Shown: piece by piece, positions 1-10,940 of the stretch
Layout of the letters: every line of letters starts with the position of its first letter
Numbering within the stretch: position 1 is the stretch's first letter
IMG/VR virus record: IMGVR_UViG_3300020455_000012
Coordinates: 6,836-70,835 of that record
From: a virus
Reading direction: 5' to 3' (one strand)
Length of the DNA stretch: 64,000 bases
Notes under the pieces: model-generated
Database searches by the model: none
What the model saw: the letters and a program-made list of their open reading frames with translations, nothing else
What the model was told of the DNA's origin: nothing
Translations under genes and position numbers: made by a program

Positions 1-141
1 CATGGGACAGAGTTAGAACATTGGAGAGATAAATTTGAAGGTACTACACAGTTTCAACTCTTTATGCATTATGTTGACGCAGATGGTGAATTTAAGGATA
101 GAGTATTTGATGGCAGACCTAATCTTGGAATACAAAAATGA
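1..141 (+). CDS. 2OG-Fe(II) oxygenase, C-terminal fragment (5' truncated by window)
   Basis: Frame 1 reads HGTELEHWRDKFEGTTQFQLFMHYVDADG...*, typical of the C-terminus of cyanophage 2OG-Fe(II) oxygenases; TGA overlaps next ATG (ATGA). Confidence 0.65.
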   Translation, partial: HGTELEHWRDKFEGTTQFQLFMHYVDADGEFKDRVFDGRPNLGIQK

Positions 142-1448
142 AGATGATACCTCAGTTGATTAGAGAACTTTTTCATGCAGGGGAATATCCTGCTGCAAGA
201 GAATTATCTATCTCATATTTAAGACAAAAGGAAGATGAGGATATAAGATTTCTTCTTGCAGGAATCTTTCATGAGGAAAAGAAATATAAGGAAGCATTGG
301 AATGTATAGAGAAAGTTCCTCTCAGTGACATAGTTCTTATTCATAAGGCAAAAATTCTTTATTACCTACAAAGAGCCCCAGAAGCAGAGGCAATTCTTAG
401 ATCTCTTCCTAAAAAATGGAAAAAGGATGAAGGGTATATTGTAGATTTAGGACTCTACATGACATCTCAGGGTAAATTAAATCAGACTAGAAAATTAATA
501 GCTCCGATTGCTGATACTAATAATAGAGCATCATTTAATTATGGATGGCATTTATTAGCAGAAGATAAGTTTCAGGAAGGTTATAAGTATATCCGTGCAG
601 GTGCGATAGATGAATTAAGAGTATGGGGTCATGAGTGGATATTGAGAAAGGAATATAATATAGGTGAACAATATCGTTGGAAACTTGGTGATGAGGTAGA
701 TACTATTGCTTTTTATCTGGAAGGAGGTATGGGTGATGGAATGATATTTGTTCGTTATGTAGAACATTTTAAAAAATATTGTAAGACAGTAAAGATATTT
801 ACTCCAAAGCAATTGATGCCTTTATTAGGTGCATGTGGGTTTGAAAATCTATATGAACCAGAACAAATAGTGAAGACTAAGTGGGACAAATATGTTCCTG
901 CAATGTCAGCTCCTTATTTCTTAGGACTCGATGATCCTATGGAGGGTGTGACTTTCCCATATTTTAAAAAGAGAGCAAATCCTGTTCCAGAAATGAATAG
1001 AGTGGCAAATGGTAAGAAGAAGATTTGTATTCGTTGGAAGGGAAGTTCTCAGTTTGAACATGAGCAGTTCAGGAGTATTCCAATAGAAAAGATGTTGGGA
1101 CTGGAAAAGTTTGGGCAGTTATTTTCTGTTCAATTGGAAGATAGTGATATACCAAAGAATGCCAATGTATGGGATCTTGCTCCAAGTATTAAGACATGGA
1201 ATGATACCTATGACATATTTGAAGAGTCTGATTTAATTATTACATCTTGCACTTCTACTGCTCATTTAGCTGGTGCAATGGGAGCAAGAGTAATTGTTCT
1301 TCCTCCTTTATTGGGATATGTCACATGGGAAACAAAGGATATAAGATGGTATCCTGATAATGTTGTGGTATTGCAGCAAATGGAGTATAATAGTTGGGAT
1401 AAGACTATAGATAAACTATACGAAATGATGGAGAACTGGGAATGGTAG
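138..1448 (+). CDS. TPR-repeat protein with GT9/heptosyltransferase-like glycosyltransferase domain
   Basis: Helical TPR-like N-terminus; EGGMGDG.IFVRY, IRWKGS and DLIITSCTSTAHLAGAMG motifs of TPR-GT9 proteins. Confidence 0.8.
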   Translation: MKMIPQLIRELFHAGEYPAARELSISYLRQKEDEDIRFLLAGIFHEEKKYKEALECIEKVPLSDIVLIHKAKILYYLQRAPEAEAILRSLPKKWKKDEGYIVDLGLYMTSQGKLNQTRKLIAPIADTNNRASFNYGWHLLAEDKFQEGYKYIRAGAIDELRVWGHEWILRKEYNIGEQYRWKLGDEVDTIAFYLEGGMGDGMIFVRYVEHFKKYCKTVKIFTPKQLMPLLGACGFENLYEPEQIVKTKWDKYVPAMSAPYFLGLDDPMEGVTFPYFKKRANPVPEMNRVANGKKKICIRWKGSSQFEHEQFRSIPIEKMLGLEKFGQLFSVQLEDSDIPKNANVWDLAPSIKTWNDTYDIFEESDLIITSCTSTAHLAGAMGARVIVLPPLLGYVTWETKDIRWYPDNVVVLQQMEYNSWDKTIDKLYEMMENWEW

Positions 1449-2074
1449 ATCCACGCACCGAAACTATAAAATATGACTTATTCCCTACTCATATAATAAG
1501 GAGTAAGTGTCCATCCATCACACCAGAGGACAAGCAAGAGATGATGGCTTGTACTGATTGGATGATAGAGAATAAGATGTATACTGATAACGACTTAACT
1601 CCTAAGTATCAAACCCATACAATATTATTCCGAGATGATGCACCTGCTATTTGGTTGAAATTAAAAGAAGAATTTTATAGTGCATGTAGAAACTATCTTA
1701 AAGCGGTTCCTGAGTTTGTTAGTAACCAACATGCCTTGCAATTTACTGGGTCAAGTGGATGGGCATATAAAGGATGGAAAGAATTAAATAAACAAGAAAG
1801 TAATCCTTGGCACGAACATATTCCTACATTTTTAACTGGTGTTTATTATTTGCATGATCCTGGTGATGGAACCACTGGAGGTACAGAGTTTCATGATCCC
1901 CGCAAGGCCGAGGGACAAGCAACTAGAATGCAGGAGATCTTACCAATAGAGAATACGTGGATTATATTTCCTGGTTGGTTGGCTCATCGGAGTATTCAAC
2001 TTCCATTAGATGAACCAAGATATGTGATTTCAGGTAATATGTTTGTAAAAATAGGTGATGGGTTATCTAAATGA
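1442..2074 (+). CDS. 2OG-Fe(II) oxygenase (TIGR02466-like)
   Basis: WHEH..LTGVYYL, F.DPR, IIFPGWLAH, R.VIS.N motifs. Confidence 0.8.
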   Translation: MVDPRTETIKYDLFPTHIIRSKCPSITPEDKQEMMACTDWMIENKMYTDNDLTPKYQTHTILFRDDAPAIWLKLKEEFYSACRNYLKAVPEFVSNQHALQFTGSSGWAYKGWKELNKQESNPWHEHIPTFLTGVYYLHDPGDGTTGGTEFHDPRKAEGQATRMQEILPIENTWIIFPGWLAHRSIQLPLDEPRYVISGNMFVKIGDGLSK

Positions 2075-2763
2075 AAAGAGCAATATTTACATTCTATAAT
2101 CTATCTCTTGATACTGATATTGTAAAACTTCAGGCACAGGTAGTTAATAAACTTAATACAACAGCAGATTTTCTTCCGTTATGTTCTCAGACACATGGAG
2201 AGGAAGTCATTCATCCTGATGCGGTTGATTATGGGTTTACTCAATTATTTGTAGAGCAGAAGTATGATACTGTTCTTTTATTAGATGTTGATTGTATTCC
2301 TTTGAATGCTTATGCACTTGAATATACGTTTGAGCAAGCAGAGAAAGGAAAGTTAATTGGTAATGTGCAGAGAGGAATGCATATGGATAATGATGAGCAT
2401 AATTATGTTGCACCATCAGCATTTTGTTTGACACGTCAGATGTATGAAGATTTTGGAAGAATGACAGTGAAACCTGATCATAGGAAGGCTGATACTTGTG
2501 GATATTATACCTATGCAGCACAAGAAAGAGGAATAGATGTTGAGATGTACCAACCAACTCACTTCCAACGTAGACCAAAGGAAGGAGTCTGGGATCTTGG
2601 GAAAGGTCGTGGAGAATGGGGTATAGGTACTACATATTCAAATCATCTAGGAGTAGAAATGTTTTATCATTTATTCTCTGCTCGTGAAAAAATATATAAT
2701 GTTTACTTTTATGATAAATGTGAGAAGATTGTAGGAATAAATAGGTTGAAAGGATCCTCTTAG
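2071..2763 (+). CDS. putative GT-A glycosyltransferase
   Basis: LLLDVDCIP DxD motif; glycosylation island context. Confidence 0.55.
   Translation: MKRAIFTFYNLSLDTDIVKLQAQVVNKLNTTADFLPLCSQTHGEEVIHPDAVDYGFTQLFVEQKYDTVLLLDVDCIPLNAYALEYTFEQAEKGKLIGNVQRGMHMDNDEHNYVAPSAFCLTRQMYEDFGRMTVKPDHRKADTCGYYTYAAQERGIDVEMYQPTHFQRRPKEGVWDLGKGRGEWGIGTTYSNHLGVEMFYHLFSAREKIYNVYFYDKCEKIVGINRLKGSS
2736..2743 (+). promoter_or_regulatory. T4-type late promoter
   Basis: AATAAATA about 25 nt upstream of the RCC1 gene. Confidence 0.55.
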
Positions 2764-2768
2764 GTATA

Positions 2769-4019
2769 ATGGCAGAACTTAGACAAAATACTTGGTCATT
2801 AAATGCTTGGTATGATCAGGATGTGGCGGGAGATGCGAAATATGAGGCCGCAGGAAAATTATGGATGTGGGGGAATAATTATTATGGTCAATTAGGACAA
2901 AATAGCACTCTTCCTAATCCAAGTGGACTTTCATCACCAACTCAAGTAGGAACTGATACTACATGGACTAGGATAGCAAGTTATAGTGACAATAAGACAT
3001 ATGCAATGAAACAGGATGGAAGTTTGTGGACATGGGGATATAATGAAAAAGGACAATTAGGACTTAATGATGTAGTAGCACGTTCATCACCAACTCAACT
3101 ACCTGGTACAGGGTGGCAGCTGACTCGTGACTCTTTCTTTGGTAGTGCTATAGTGACTCAGGCAATTAAAACAGATGGATCAATGTGGATATGGGGATGG
3201 AATGATAGTGGGGAATTAGGTCTTCCAAGAGTTGCACCTTATTGGTATAATATGATAGATAGATCATCACCCACTCAACTGCCTGGTACTTGGACTAAGG
3301 CTCAAGTTTCCAGTGGTCTGAAGAATGATGGAAGTCTATGGATGTGGGGAGATAATTTTTATGGAACATTGGGACAAAACACATCAGCATATGGTTCTCC
3401 AGTAGCACTGGGGGCTGCTTCATCTCCAGTTCAAATACCTGGTGACTGGAAGGATTTTTCTAGATCTGCTATACCACAGGGTTTCTGTAGTGGAATTAAA
3501 ACGGATGGAACATTATGGACATGGGGAAAAAATGATGCTGGCCAAGCAGGTAATGGTACTCCTGGACAACCTGATTATCATCAACATTGGAGATTATCAT
3601 CACCAGTTCAAGTAGGATCTGATGCTGATTGGGAGAGGTGTGCTTCTTACACATATAATAAGAATGTTTGGCAGAAAACTGATGGATCCATATGGTTTAG
3701 TGGTCCAGGACCAACAACTCAGAATTATGGGCTTGGTGGTAGATCTTCACCAACACAAATTCCTGGTACAATAATACCAGGAATAGATTATATTCTTGCT
3801 GGAAACGCTACGTTCTCTTTGGATAGTGCTACTAGTAAGGTATATTTTAACGGTCCTAATTCTTATGGAATAATGGGAACAAACCAACCTGCCCCTAGTT
3901 CTAGTTCTACTATGACTTATCTTCCTGATGTGTGGGATAAGTTTAAAAATACTGGAATAACCAAAAACCAACTAGGAATGCAATTTAGTGGATCAGTCGG
4001 TGCTATCGAAAAAACTTAA
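2769..4019 (+). CDS. RCC1-like repeat beta-propeller protein
   Basis: Repeated K.DGSLW.WG.N..GQLG...SSPTQ blades. Confidence 0.85.
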   Translation: MAELRQNTWSLNAWYDQDVAGDAKYEAAGKLWMWGNNYYGQLGQNSTLPNPSGLSSPTQVGTDTTWTRIASYSDNKTYAMKQDGSLWTWGYNEKGQLGLNDVVARSSPTQLPGTGWQLTRDSFFGSAIVTQAIKTDGSMWIWGWNDSGELGLPRVAPYWYNMIDRSSPTQLPGTWTKAQVSSGLKNDGSLWMWGDNFYGTLGQNTSAYGSPVALGAASSPVQIPGDWKDFSRSAIPQGFCSGIKTDGTLWTWGKNDAGQAGNGTPGQPDYHQHWRLSSPVQVGSDADWERCASYTYNKNVWQKTDGSIWFSGPGPTTQNYGLGGRSSPTQIPGTIIPGIDYILAGNATFSLDSATSKVYFNGPNSYGIMGTNQPAPSSSSTMTYLPDVWDKFKNTGITKNQLGMQFSGSVGAIEKT

Positions 4020-4043
4020 CTAAATAGTCAAAATTATTTTATT

Positions 4044-4877
4044 ATGCAACAACTTCATTATTGTCTAGGTCTTCCTAGAACGTGCTCATCAGTCATCATG
4101 AACATACTGAATGAGAATCCAAATATATTTACAACAGGCACATGTCCGATGCCTTATTTTATTGATGCGTGTATGAATAGATCTAATGACGTATCAGAGT
4201 TTATAGCACTAGATAAAGACGTATTAAATAAATCATATATCAACTTTCTACGTCAGGGAATGAAAGGATGGTTTGAGGCAATGACTGATAAACCCATTGT
4301 CTTCTCCAAGTCAAGATTATGGTCAGAGTGGCTTCCTCATACTTTTACATTTGACCCCAACTCTAAGTATCTGGTAATACTGAGAGACCTAAGAGATATC
4401 ATCTGTTCATTTGATTCTCTTCTATGGAAGTATCCCCAAGTAGGTTATGGATCCAGAGATAACCCATTCTATCAAGAATCATTTGAGCATAGGATGGAGA
4501 CTTATTGTACAGACACACAATCTCTTTTAGGTAGACCATTGCAAGTCCTTCCACATGTATTAGAAGTAGCACAGAGAAATCCAGGTAGTTTTTTCATATG
4601 TAAACATGAGTATTTTAATGAGCAACCCAGAGAAACATTACAACAGATATATCAATGGTTAGGAGAACCAAACTTTGAGCATGATCTTGACAATATTCCT
4701 GAACCCGATTATAAAGAGAATGATACAACTTATAGATCTCTTGTTTACCATAAGACAGGAACTAAATTAAAGAAGTTAGAACCACGGTGGCCAAAGATTA
4801 TGACAGAGGAGCAATCTAAGGAAGTGATTGCAAACAACCAGTGGTATTATAAAACTTTTTATCCTGAAGCATTATGA
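4044..4877 (+). CDS. sulfotransferase family protein
   Basis: GLPRTCSS 5'-PSB-like motif, LRDLRDIICS 3'-PB motif, P.ETLQQIY.WLG. Confidence 0.8.
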   Translation: MQQLHYCLGLPRTCSSVIMNILNENPNIFTTGTCPMPYFIDACMNRSNDVSEFIALDKDVLNKSYINFLRQGMKGWFEAMTDKPIVFSKSRLWSEWLPHTFTFDPNSKYLVILRDLRDIICSFDSLLWKYPQVGYGSRDNPFYQESFEHRMETYCTDTQSLLGRPLQVLPHVLEVAQRNPGSFFICKHEYFNEQPRETLQQIYQWLGEPNFEHDLDNIPEPDYKENDTTYRSLVYHKTGTKLKKLEPRWPKIMTEEQSKEVIANNQWYYKTFYPEAL

Positions 4878-5602
4878 ATTATTTTAATCATTATAGGGTT
4901 GATATAGAGGGAACCTATATTATTACTATTAGAGGTAATGAACTTTCTGAGAAACTAACACACCAATGTATTGATTCTTGTGAAAAGGTAGGACAACCTA
5001 ATGTTCGTCTATTTCCTGCATTTGATGCTACTAATTCTCCAATTGAACAACAAGATTATGATTTGGGTCAACCTATAGGTGAATTGGGAAGCATTAAGGT
5101 TCCTGAAATGCTTAAGGGTCAATCATTTCTTAATTTTTTAAGATTACGTAGATCGGATCTTTTAATGACTCAGATTGCGTGTTTTCTTTCTCATTATTCA
5201 TTATGGTGTAGGTGTTTAGAACTTGATAAACCTATTGTAATCTTAGAACATGATGCGGTTATGCTAAAACCTTATCTAAAGCATCAATATTATAATAATA
5301 TAGTATACTTAGGTGGTATAGAACAAGTAGAAGGGAATTTTCATTCTAATACTCCTATTCCTCCTCATGCATCGGATCAGAAAGGATTGGATAGGTTTAT
5401 TTGTAGGGCTCATGCTTATGCTATTGATCCTGCGATTGCTAAGAATTTGGTAGCCTATTCTATACATCATGGTATCATAACCACTGCAGATGCAATTATG
5501 AGGTGTGACATGTTTGGAATTGTTCAAGATGGGCTATATGCTTATGATAAGAATTATGGGTTATCTACCATCACAGAAGATGGAAAGGCAGCGGTAGCAT
5601 AA
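4874..5602 (+). CDS. glycosyltransferase family 25
   Basis: ACFLSHYSLW...PIVILEHDA and AHAYAI motifs. Confidence 0.8.
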   Translation: MNYFNHYRVDIEGTYIITIRGNELSEKLTHQCIDSCEKVGQPNVRLFPAFDATNSPIEQQDYDLGQPIGELGSIKVPEMLKGQSFLNFLRLRRSDLLMTQIACFLSHYSLWCRCLELDKPIVILEHDAVMLKPYLKHQYYNNIVYLGGIEQVEGNFHSNTPIPPHASDQKGLDRFICRAHAYAIDPAIAKNLVAYSIHHGIITTADAIMRCDMFGIVQDGLYAYDKNYGLSTITEDGKAAVA

Positions 5603-6201
5603 TGGCTAGTATATTTGAAACTCAATTTGTATCTAAACCAATACCTGTTTTCTCTACTATCATTGAGGATCATGTAGACTTAAATAAGTATCTAAAGCAG
5701 GTTATATTAGAACACAGACAGAACAATCCAGAGACAACCAAGAGTAATGTCAAGGCATGGCACAGTTCATGGACGACTCATGTAGATAATCCGAAGTTTC
5801 AACCTGTAGCAGAGACTTTTCTTGCTGCGGTCAACTTTATTTCGGAAGGGTATTTTAATTGTGATCGACTTTTAACTAAATATGAAGTTGCCAATTTTTG
5901 GTGCATGATGTATGAAGATACGGAGTGGACAAAAAGACATAACCATTATCCTTCTGATTTTGCTGTTTGTTATTATGTTGATGTAGATCCTGGTTGTGCT
6001 CCTATTATTTTTGAAAGTGTAGTAGATGATGAAGTGAATCGTAATAATAAACCATTGACGATTCAACCACAAAATGGTATGCTTTTAGTATGGCCAGCAG
6101 AACTCCAGCATGAAGTTCCACCTACAAAAGGAAAGAGAATGTGTATTTCTATGAATGTTACTAAAGGTGATGCTATGAAGACAGTTATGGAGGGATTATA
6201 G
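5602..6201 (+). CDS. 2OG-Fe(II) oxygenase
   Basis: HNH, CYYV, WPAELQHEV, R.CISMN motifs. Confidence 0.8.
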   Translation: MASIFETQFVSKPIPVFSTIIEDHVDLNKYLKQVILEHRQNNPETTKSNVKAWHSSWTTHVDNPKFQPVAETFLAAVNFISEGYFNCDRLLTKYEVANFWCMMYEDTEWTKRHNHYPSDFAVCYYVDVDPGCAPIIFESVVDDEVNRNNKPLTIQPQNGMLLVWPAELQHEVPPTKGKRMCISMNVTKGDAMKTVMEGL

Positions 6202-6202
6202 T

Positions 6203-6820
6203 ATGACGTTTGATCATGTACAACTACCAAATCCTGGTCTGACTAAAGGAGTGATACCTCAAGAGATATATCAAGCTCTTAACAAAGAGATAGTAGATAT
6301 TCATAGTGATGATAGTAATACTATGAGGATGAATAAATCTCTTGCAGGTCAAATTACAAAAGAATATCAAATTACAAAGAGTAGACAACTTCTTGATCCG
6401 TACTTAGAAGATATGGCTAAAGCATATCAACAACAGTGGAATTATTATCCGAAAGAGAATCCAAATGATAATAAGTTAAGAGTAGAATCAGTATGGGTTA
6501 ATATGCAAAAGAAACTAGAAGTAAATCCTCTTCATAATCATGATGGCACATTGAGTTTTGTTGCATGGTTGCACATTCCATTTAAATTAGAAGATGAAAG
6601 AAAGGTGGAAAATATAAAAAATTCAAGAACAGTAGAATTAGCATCTACTTTTCAGTTTGTTTATAGTCAGGTATTGGGTAATGTTGTAAATTATCCACTG
6701 TTTGTTGATAATGGATGGGAGGCAAGAATTGTAATGTTCCCTGCTAAACTTTTACATATGGTATATCCCTTTCAGACTAGTGATGATTATCGAATTTCTA
6801 TTGCGGGGAATTTATACTGA
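6203..6820 (+). CDS. 2OG-Fe(II) oxygenase
   Basis: WVN, NPLHNHDG.LSFV, FPAKLLHMVYPF, RISIAGN. Confidence 0.8.
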   Translation: MTFDHVQLPNPGLTKGVIPQEIYQALNKEIVDIHSDDSNTMRMNKSLAGQITKEYQITKSRQLLDPYLEDMAKAYQQQWNYYPKENPNDNKLRVESVWVNMQKKLEVNPLHNHDGTLSFVAWLHIPFKLEDERKVENIKNSRTVELASTFQFVYSQVLGNVVNYPLFVDNGWEARIVMFPAKLLHMVYPFQTSDDYRISIAGNLY

Positions 6821-7776
6821 TGCTTCATATTATTACCAGAACATGTGATAAGGCTTCCATCCAATCAAAAAGGATTGTTAATAAAACGGAGTGTGCTCTT
6901 CGGTGTGTAAATTCTGTTCTTAAGAATATGGAGAATCTTGAGGATGTTCATTATCATATTATTGATGATCGATCCAGTGAATATTTTAGAGATAGTCTTA
7001 AAAAAATATGTGAAGAGTCAAAACAGAGAGTTACATTTGATTTTTTAGAAGATAGAGATACAGAAGGTCAAAATGCTCATATTCAATCAAGATTTTCTGT
7101 AAAGGTGGCTTATGATTACATTTATAATTTACCTGATGAAGATTTTGTATATATTGTAGATGATGATCATCTTCACTATCCTGATGCACTCAAGAAGATG
7201 CTGATATCATGGGAATATCTAGATCACTTAATAAATTTTATTATCCCTCGCAATGAATATAGAAAGAAATTATGGGCAAAAGGAGTGAGTGATAAGGATA
7301 CGGACTGGGAAGTAATCAATTTTAATGACAGAACTGATAGGGATGTGGGTATCTTTCCTCAGTGTTTTGTTCAGATGTTTCCTTATGATCAAAATCCAAC
7401 TCTTGACTTTTATGTAAGACCTTGTGTAGTAATTCCTACACCCACAGGTTATTATAGAACAACATGGTATACTCATGAGACATTTATGCTTAAGGCAAAA
7501 GTATTTAAAAAACATAAAGAAATTTTTGATCGATTACAAGTAACAGGAACTCCTGCAGCTGGATGGGAAGGTGATACAATTAGTGAGTTGTGGAGTGAAC
7601 ATGTTGAAATGTTTATGCCTTTAAATCCATCGGTGATGCATATGTCAGTTTCAAGAGATCTTCCCTTTACCTGGCAACCTGCAGATCTTATGGTGTTATG
7701 GGACGATAACGTAACCCCATATTCATTACCTAAAAATTCAATTATTAAATTAAATGATATGGAGATTACTTTATAA
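6820..7776 (+). CDS. GT2-like (GT-A) glycosyltransferase
   Basis: IIDDRS and VYIVDDDHLH motifs. Confidence 0.65.
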   Translation: MLHIITRTCDKASIQSKRIVNKTECALRCVNSVLKNMENLEDVHYHIIDDRSSEYFRDSLKKICEESKQRVTFDFLEDRDTEGQNAHIQSRFSVKVAYDYIYNLPDEDFVYIVDDDHLHYPDALKKMLISWEYLDHLINFIIPRNEYRKKLWAKGVSDKDTDWEVINFNDRTDRDVGIFPQCFVQMFPYDQNPTLDFYVRPCVVIPTPTGYYRTTWYTHETFMLKAKVFKKHKEIFDRLQVTGTPAAGWEGDTISELWSEHVEMFMPLNPSVMHMSVSRDLPFTWQPADLMVLWDDNVTPYSLPKNSIIKLNDMEITL

Positions 7777-8456
7777 TGAGAAAACTTATTCATGTGGTTA
7801 ATATTAATAATTTCTTTCCAGAATTATTTGCATTAACATATCCTACGATCAGAGCTTATGCAGAAAAGTATGGTTATATGATTAATATGATAACAGAGAG
7901 AAAGTTTCCTGATTATCCCCTTCATTATGAGAAGTTTCAGGTGTATGAGGATGGTAAAGAAGCAGAGGTGAATATTTTATGCGATGCAGATATGCTAATA
8001 CATCCAGAATTTCCTGATGTAGTTACTAGATTAAGAAGAGATTCGATTGCCTTTAATGATAACTATAATATTAGTTGGAAGTATCAGGTTGAGAAAATAC
8101 CATGCTTTATGCGTGATGGTAGAGATGTGGGTATAGCAACTAATTTTGTTGTAACATCTGATTGGACACATGATGCATGGAAACCTATTCCATTAAGTGC
8201 AAAAGAGATTGAAGATCTTGCAAAAAAAGAAGTGACTGAGAATGGTGATGGTTATGAAGGAAGAGGATGGGGACACTATGCGGATGAGTTTGCAATATCT
8301 TATAACCTAGCGAAGTATGGACTTAAATATACTGGAGTTACGTGGGAAGATTGGATGAGACCTTGGCTTGTACATACAGGTACAGGTGACAAAAATGAAG
8401 CACTTGAGATTGCAAGGAGAACATTAGCACAATGGGCAACTTTAGAGAACTCTTAG
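7776..8456 (+). CDS. putative glycosyltransferase
   Basis: YAEKYG, EKFQV and DADMLI DxD motif, as in GT8/GT34-like phage proteins. Confidence 0.55.
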   Translation: MRKLIHVVNINNFFPELFALTYPTIRAYAEKYGYMINMITERKFPDYPLHYEKFQVYEDGKEAEVNILCDADMLIHPEFPDVVTRLRRDSIAFNDNYNISWKYQVEKIPCFMRDGRDVGIATNFVVTSDWTHDAWKPIPLSAKEIEDLAKKEVTENGDGYEGRGWGHYADEFAISYNLAKYGLKYTGVTWEDWMRPWLVHTGTGDKNEALEIARRTLAQWATLENS

Positions 8457-9328
8457 TTAAAATGCATGGAGAGAGGACAACTCCTCCTCAGTGGGGTGCA
8501 TATAGTAGGAAGCATCAAAAATCTATTTGGAATGGAGTACCTGAAGTAGGAAAGACTATATTAATCGATGGGGAAGCTGGGATAGGTGATGAACTATTTG
8601 GTGCAAAGTTTGCTCATAATTTTGTTGAAAAGGGAATGAAAGTTGTTTTTGCAACTAATTATTGGTCATCCTATAATGTCATTGCAAGGATAAAAAGTAT
8701 TAATAAGGTAATTCATATGACTGAGGTAGAAGATTTTGATGATTATGATTACTGGGTTCCTGTGGGTGAGGTTCCTGTTGCATTGAATCTAACTCAGGAT
8801 CAAGTTCCTATTCATCAGTATTTTGAACCTACTGAGGAATATCTTACTAAATGGAAAAGGATTATACCTCCAAGTAATAAGTTTAAGATTGGAGTGAGGT
8901 GGACGGGAAATCCTCATATTGAAAGAAATGGTGGCATAATTCCTGCTCAGTATTTTGAAGAGTTGGGTTCTCTTCCGAACGTTGAGTTATATTCTTTACA
9001 TAAGGATGATGGAATTGATGATATACCCTCTAATGTGATTCCTCTTCATGAACATGGAAACTCATGGTTTGATACATGGGATGATACATTTGCTGCAATT
9101 TCTCAATTAGATTTAACCATTAGTTGTTCTACTAATATTCCCATTGTATGTGCAGGATTAAATAAACCTATATGGACAGTGGCTCCTATTGGACCTAGCA
9201 ATCCTTATTACTTGTGGTTGCAAGACTTTTGGTTTGGTGATAAAATGAGAATATATACACAGTCAGTACAAGGGGATTGGAATCAACCCTTTGAAGATGT
9301 TAAAAATGATTTATTAAAGATACTATGA
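8432..9328 (+). CDS. GT9/heptosyltransferase-like protein lacking TPR
   Basis: EAGIGDEL, IGVRWTGNP, LYSLHK, TFAAISQLDLTIS motifs; paralogous to the C-terminal part of 138..1448. Confidence 0.75.
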   Translation: MGNFRELLVKMHGERTTPPQWGAYSRKHQKSIWNGVPEVGKTILIDGEAGIGDELFGAKFAHNFVEKGMKVVFATNYWSSYNVIARIKSINKVIHMTEVEDFDDYDYWVPVGEVPVALNLTQDQVPIHQYFEPTEEYLTKWKRIIPPSNKFKIGVRWTGNPHIERNGGIIPAQYFEELGSLPNVELYSLHKDDGIDDIPSNVIPLHEHGNSWFDTWDDTFAAISQLDLTISCSTNIPIVCAGLNKPIWTVAPIGPSNPYYLWLQDFWFGDKMRIYTQSVQGDWNQPFEDVKNDLLKIL

Positions 9329-9933
9329 ACCGTAGAAATTTAATTATTGTTGATGATTTCTTAAAGAATCCTGATGCTGTTCGATCCTATGCATTAAAAC
9401 AGAACTTTGAGTTATTTGGAGGAAAAAATTGGCCTGGTAGAGATAGTAGTGATACTCATGGTCAGGAAGAAATGACTCAAGCATGTTCTGAAGTAGTAGG
9501 ACAACAACTTGCCATTAAACCAGAGAACAAGTGCTCTTATTTTAGACATACTAAAATAGGACAGCATGGTTCTCAGCATATTCATTTTGATCCTAATCCA
9601 GGATTAATATGGGCAGGTGTTCTTTATCTTACTCCTATTTTTCATCCAACAGCAGGTACAAAGTTTTGGAAGCATAAAGAAACAGGATGGGATACATCTC
9701 CTACTATGGAAGAAGCTTCTAAGTATGGTATAAATTCTCATAAAGATATGTGCCAGTTTTTCAATACAGAAGGAAATGATAAGTCTAAATGGATAGAGAC
9801 TGATAATGTTGGTTTTAAATATAATCGTTTGGTTATGTTTAATCCTGCTCTTTGGCATTCTAATGGTGATTGGTTTGGAACCACTGAAGATGATTCCAGA
9901 TTAGTTCAACTCTTTTTCTTTCATGGACCCTAG
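9325..9933 (+). CDS. 2OG-Fe(II) oxygenase-like (DUF6445-like)
   Basis: IIVDDFL.NPD.VR, HxD (HFD), WAGVLYL, YNRLVMF...H, RLVQLFF. Confidence 0.75.
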   Translation: MNRRNLIIVDDFLKNPDAVRSYALKQNFELFGGKNWPGRDSSDTHGQEEMTQACSEVVGQQLAIKPENKCSYFRHTKIGQHGSQHIHFDPNPGLIWAGVLYLTPIFHPTAGTKFWKHKETGWDTSPTMEEASKYGINSHKDMCQFFNTEGNDKSKWIETDNVGFKYNRLVMFNPALWHSNGDWFGTTEDDSRLVQLFFFHGP

Positions 9934-10351
9934 AGAATGTGGTGAGTGTGATTTATGTTGTAGATGGTTATCTCATGATGTCTATGGGCAACAGATAACC
10001 CTAGACAGTCCGTGTAGGTTTATAAAGAATGGGTGTTCTATCCATAAAAACAGACCTGCACATTGTAAGAGATATGAATGTATGTGGTCACAAGGAGTTC
10101 TACCTGAATGGATGTTTCCTAAAGATATTAGAATCATCGTGAGTGTAAAGGATTGGCCACATGGAAGAGGAAAATGGTTAGAGTTGATTGATCCAGAGAA
10201 TAAAATGAATGATGAGATATTTGAAGAACTGCAAAAACTAGAAGTACCGATTCGATATAATAATAAATTATTTGGTCCACCTGAATTTACTGAATTTATA
10301 GAAAATTATGACAGAAAAAATAGCCATATTTTACCACCTGTATCAGACTGA
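9923..10351 (+). CDS. YkgJ-like cysteine-cluster (Zn/Fe-S) protein
   Basis: C.ECDLCC...C.F...CSIH..RP..C..Y.C.W. Confidence 0.75.
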   Translation: MDPRECGECDLCCRWLSHDVYGQQITLDSPCRFIKNGCSIHKNRPAHCKRYECMWSQGVLPEWMFPKDIRIIVSVKDWPHGRGKWLELIDPENKMNDEIFEELQKLEVPIRYNNKLFGPPEFTEFIENYDRKNSHILPPVSD

Positions 10352-10940
10352 AATATCAGGTTTAATATATCAACAACAGATGCATAGGTTAAGAACATCT
10401 GGATTGATGGATGCATGTGAGTTTGTTCATATTGGAACCGTAGGAGAAAATGAACTTTTTTCATTACCTGAGAAAGCAAAAGTTCATAAGAATGAAAGAC
10501 TTACTAAGGATGAGGGTGAGACAGTAGAGTCAATGTATAAGTTCTCGAAGGATAATCCAGATTATAAAATATTATTCTTTCATGCAAAGGGAGCAAGCAG
10601 ACAATTTGTTCCTCAACTTCATGCATGGAGATTATTCTTAGAGTATTATGTAATTGATAAATGGCAAGAGTGTATCAGTTATCTTGATGAATATAATACA
10701 GTGGGAGCCAAGTTAAGAATGAAACCTTACCCTCATTTTAGCGGTAATTTTTGGTGGGGAAATTCAGATTATCTGGCTACATTAGATGAGAACTTTTTGT
10801 ATACTCAAGGAGAACATGGTAAAATTGATAGGGAGTTGATGATTGGAACTGGACCTAAGTTTGATCCTTATAATATTCATCATGTTCACATAGACACCAA
10901 CATGTATGATACAATATTTACAGAAGACAATTATATATGA
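10308..10940 (+). CDS. conserved phage protein, possible glycosyltransferase
   Basis: IFYH, LFFHAKG, HFSGNFWW motifs seen in glycosylation islands. Confidence 0.5.
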   Translation: MTEKIAIFYHLYQTEISGLIYQQQMHRLRTSGLMDACEFVHIGTVGENELFSLPEKAKVHKNERLTKDEGETVESMYKFSKDNPDYKILFFHAKGASRQFVPQLHAWRLFLEYYVIDKWQECISYLDEYNTVGAKLRMKPYPHFSGNFWWGNSDYLATLDENFLYTQGEHGKIDRELMIGTGPKFDPYNIHHVHIDTNMYDTIFTEDNYI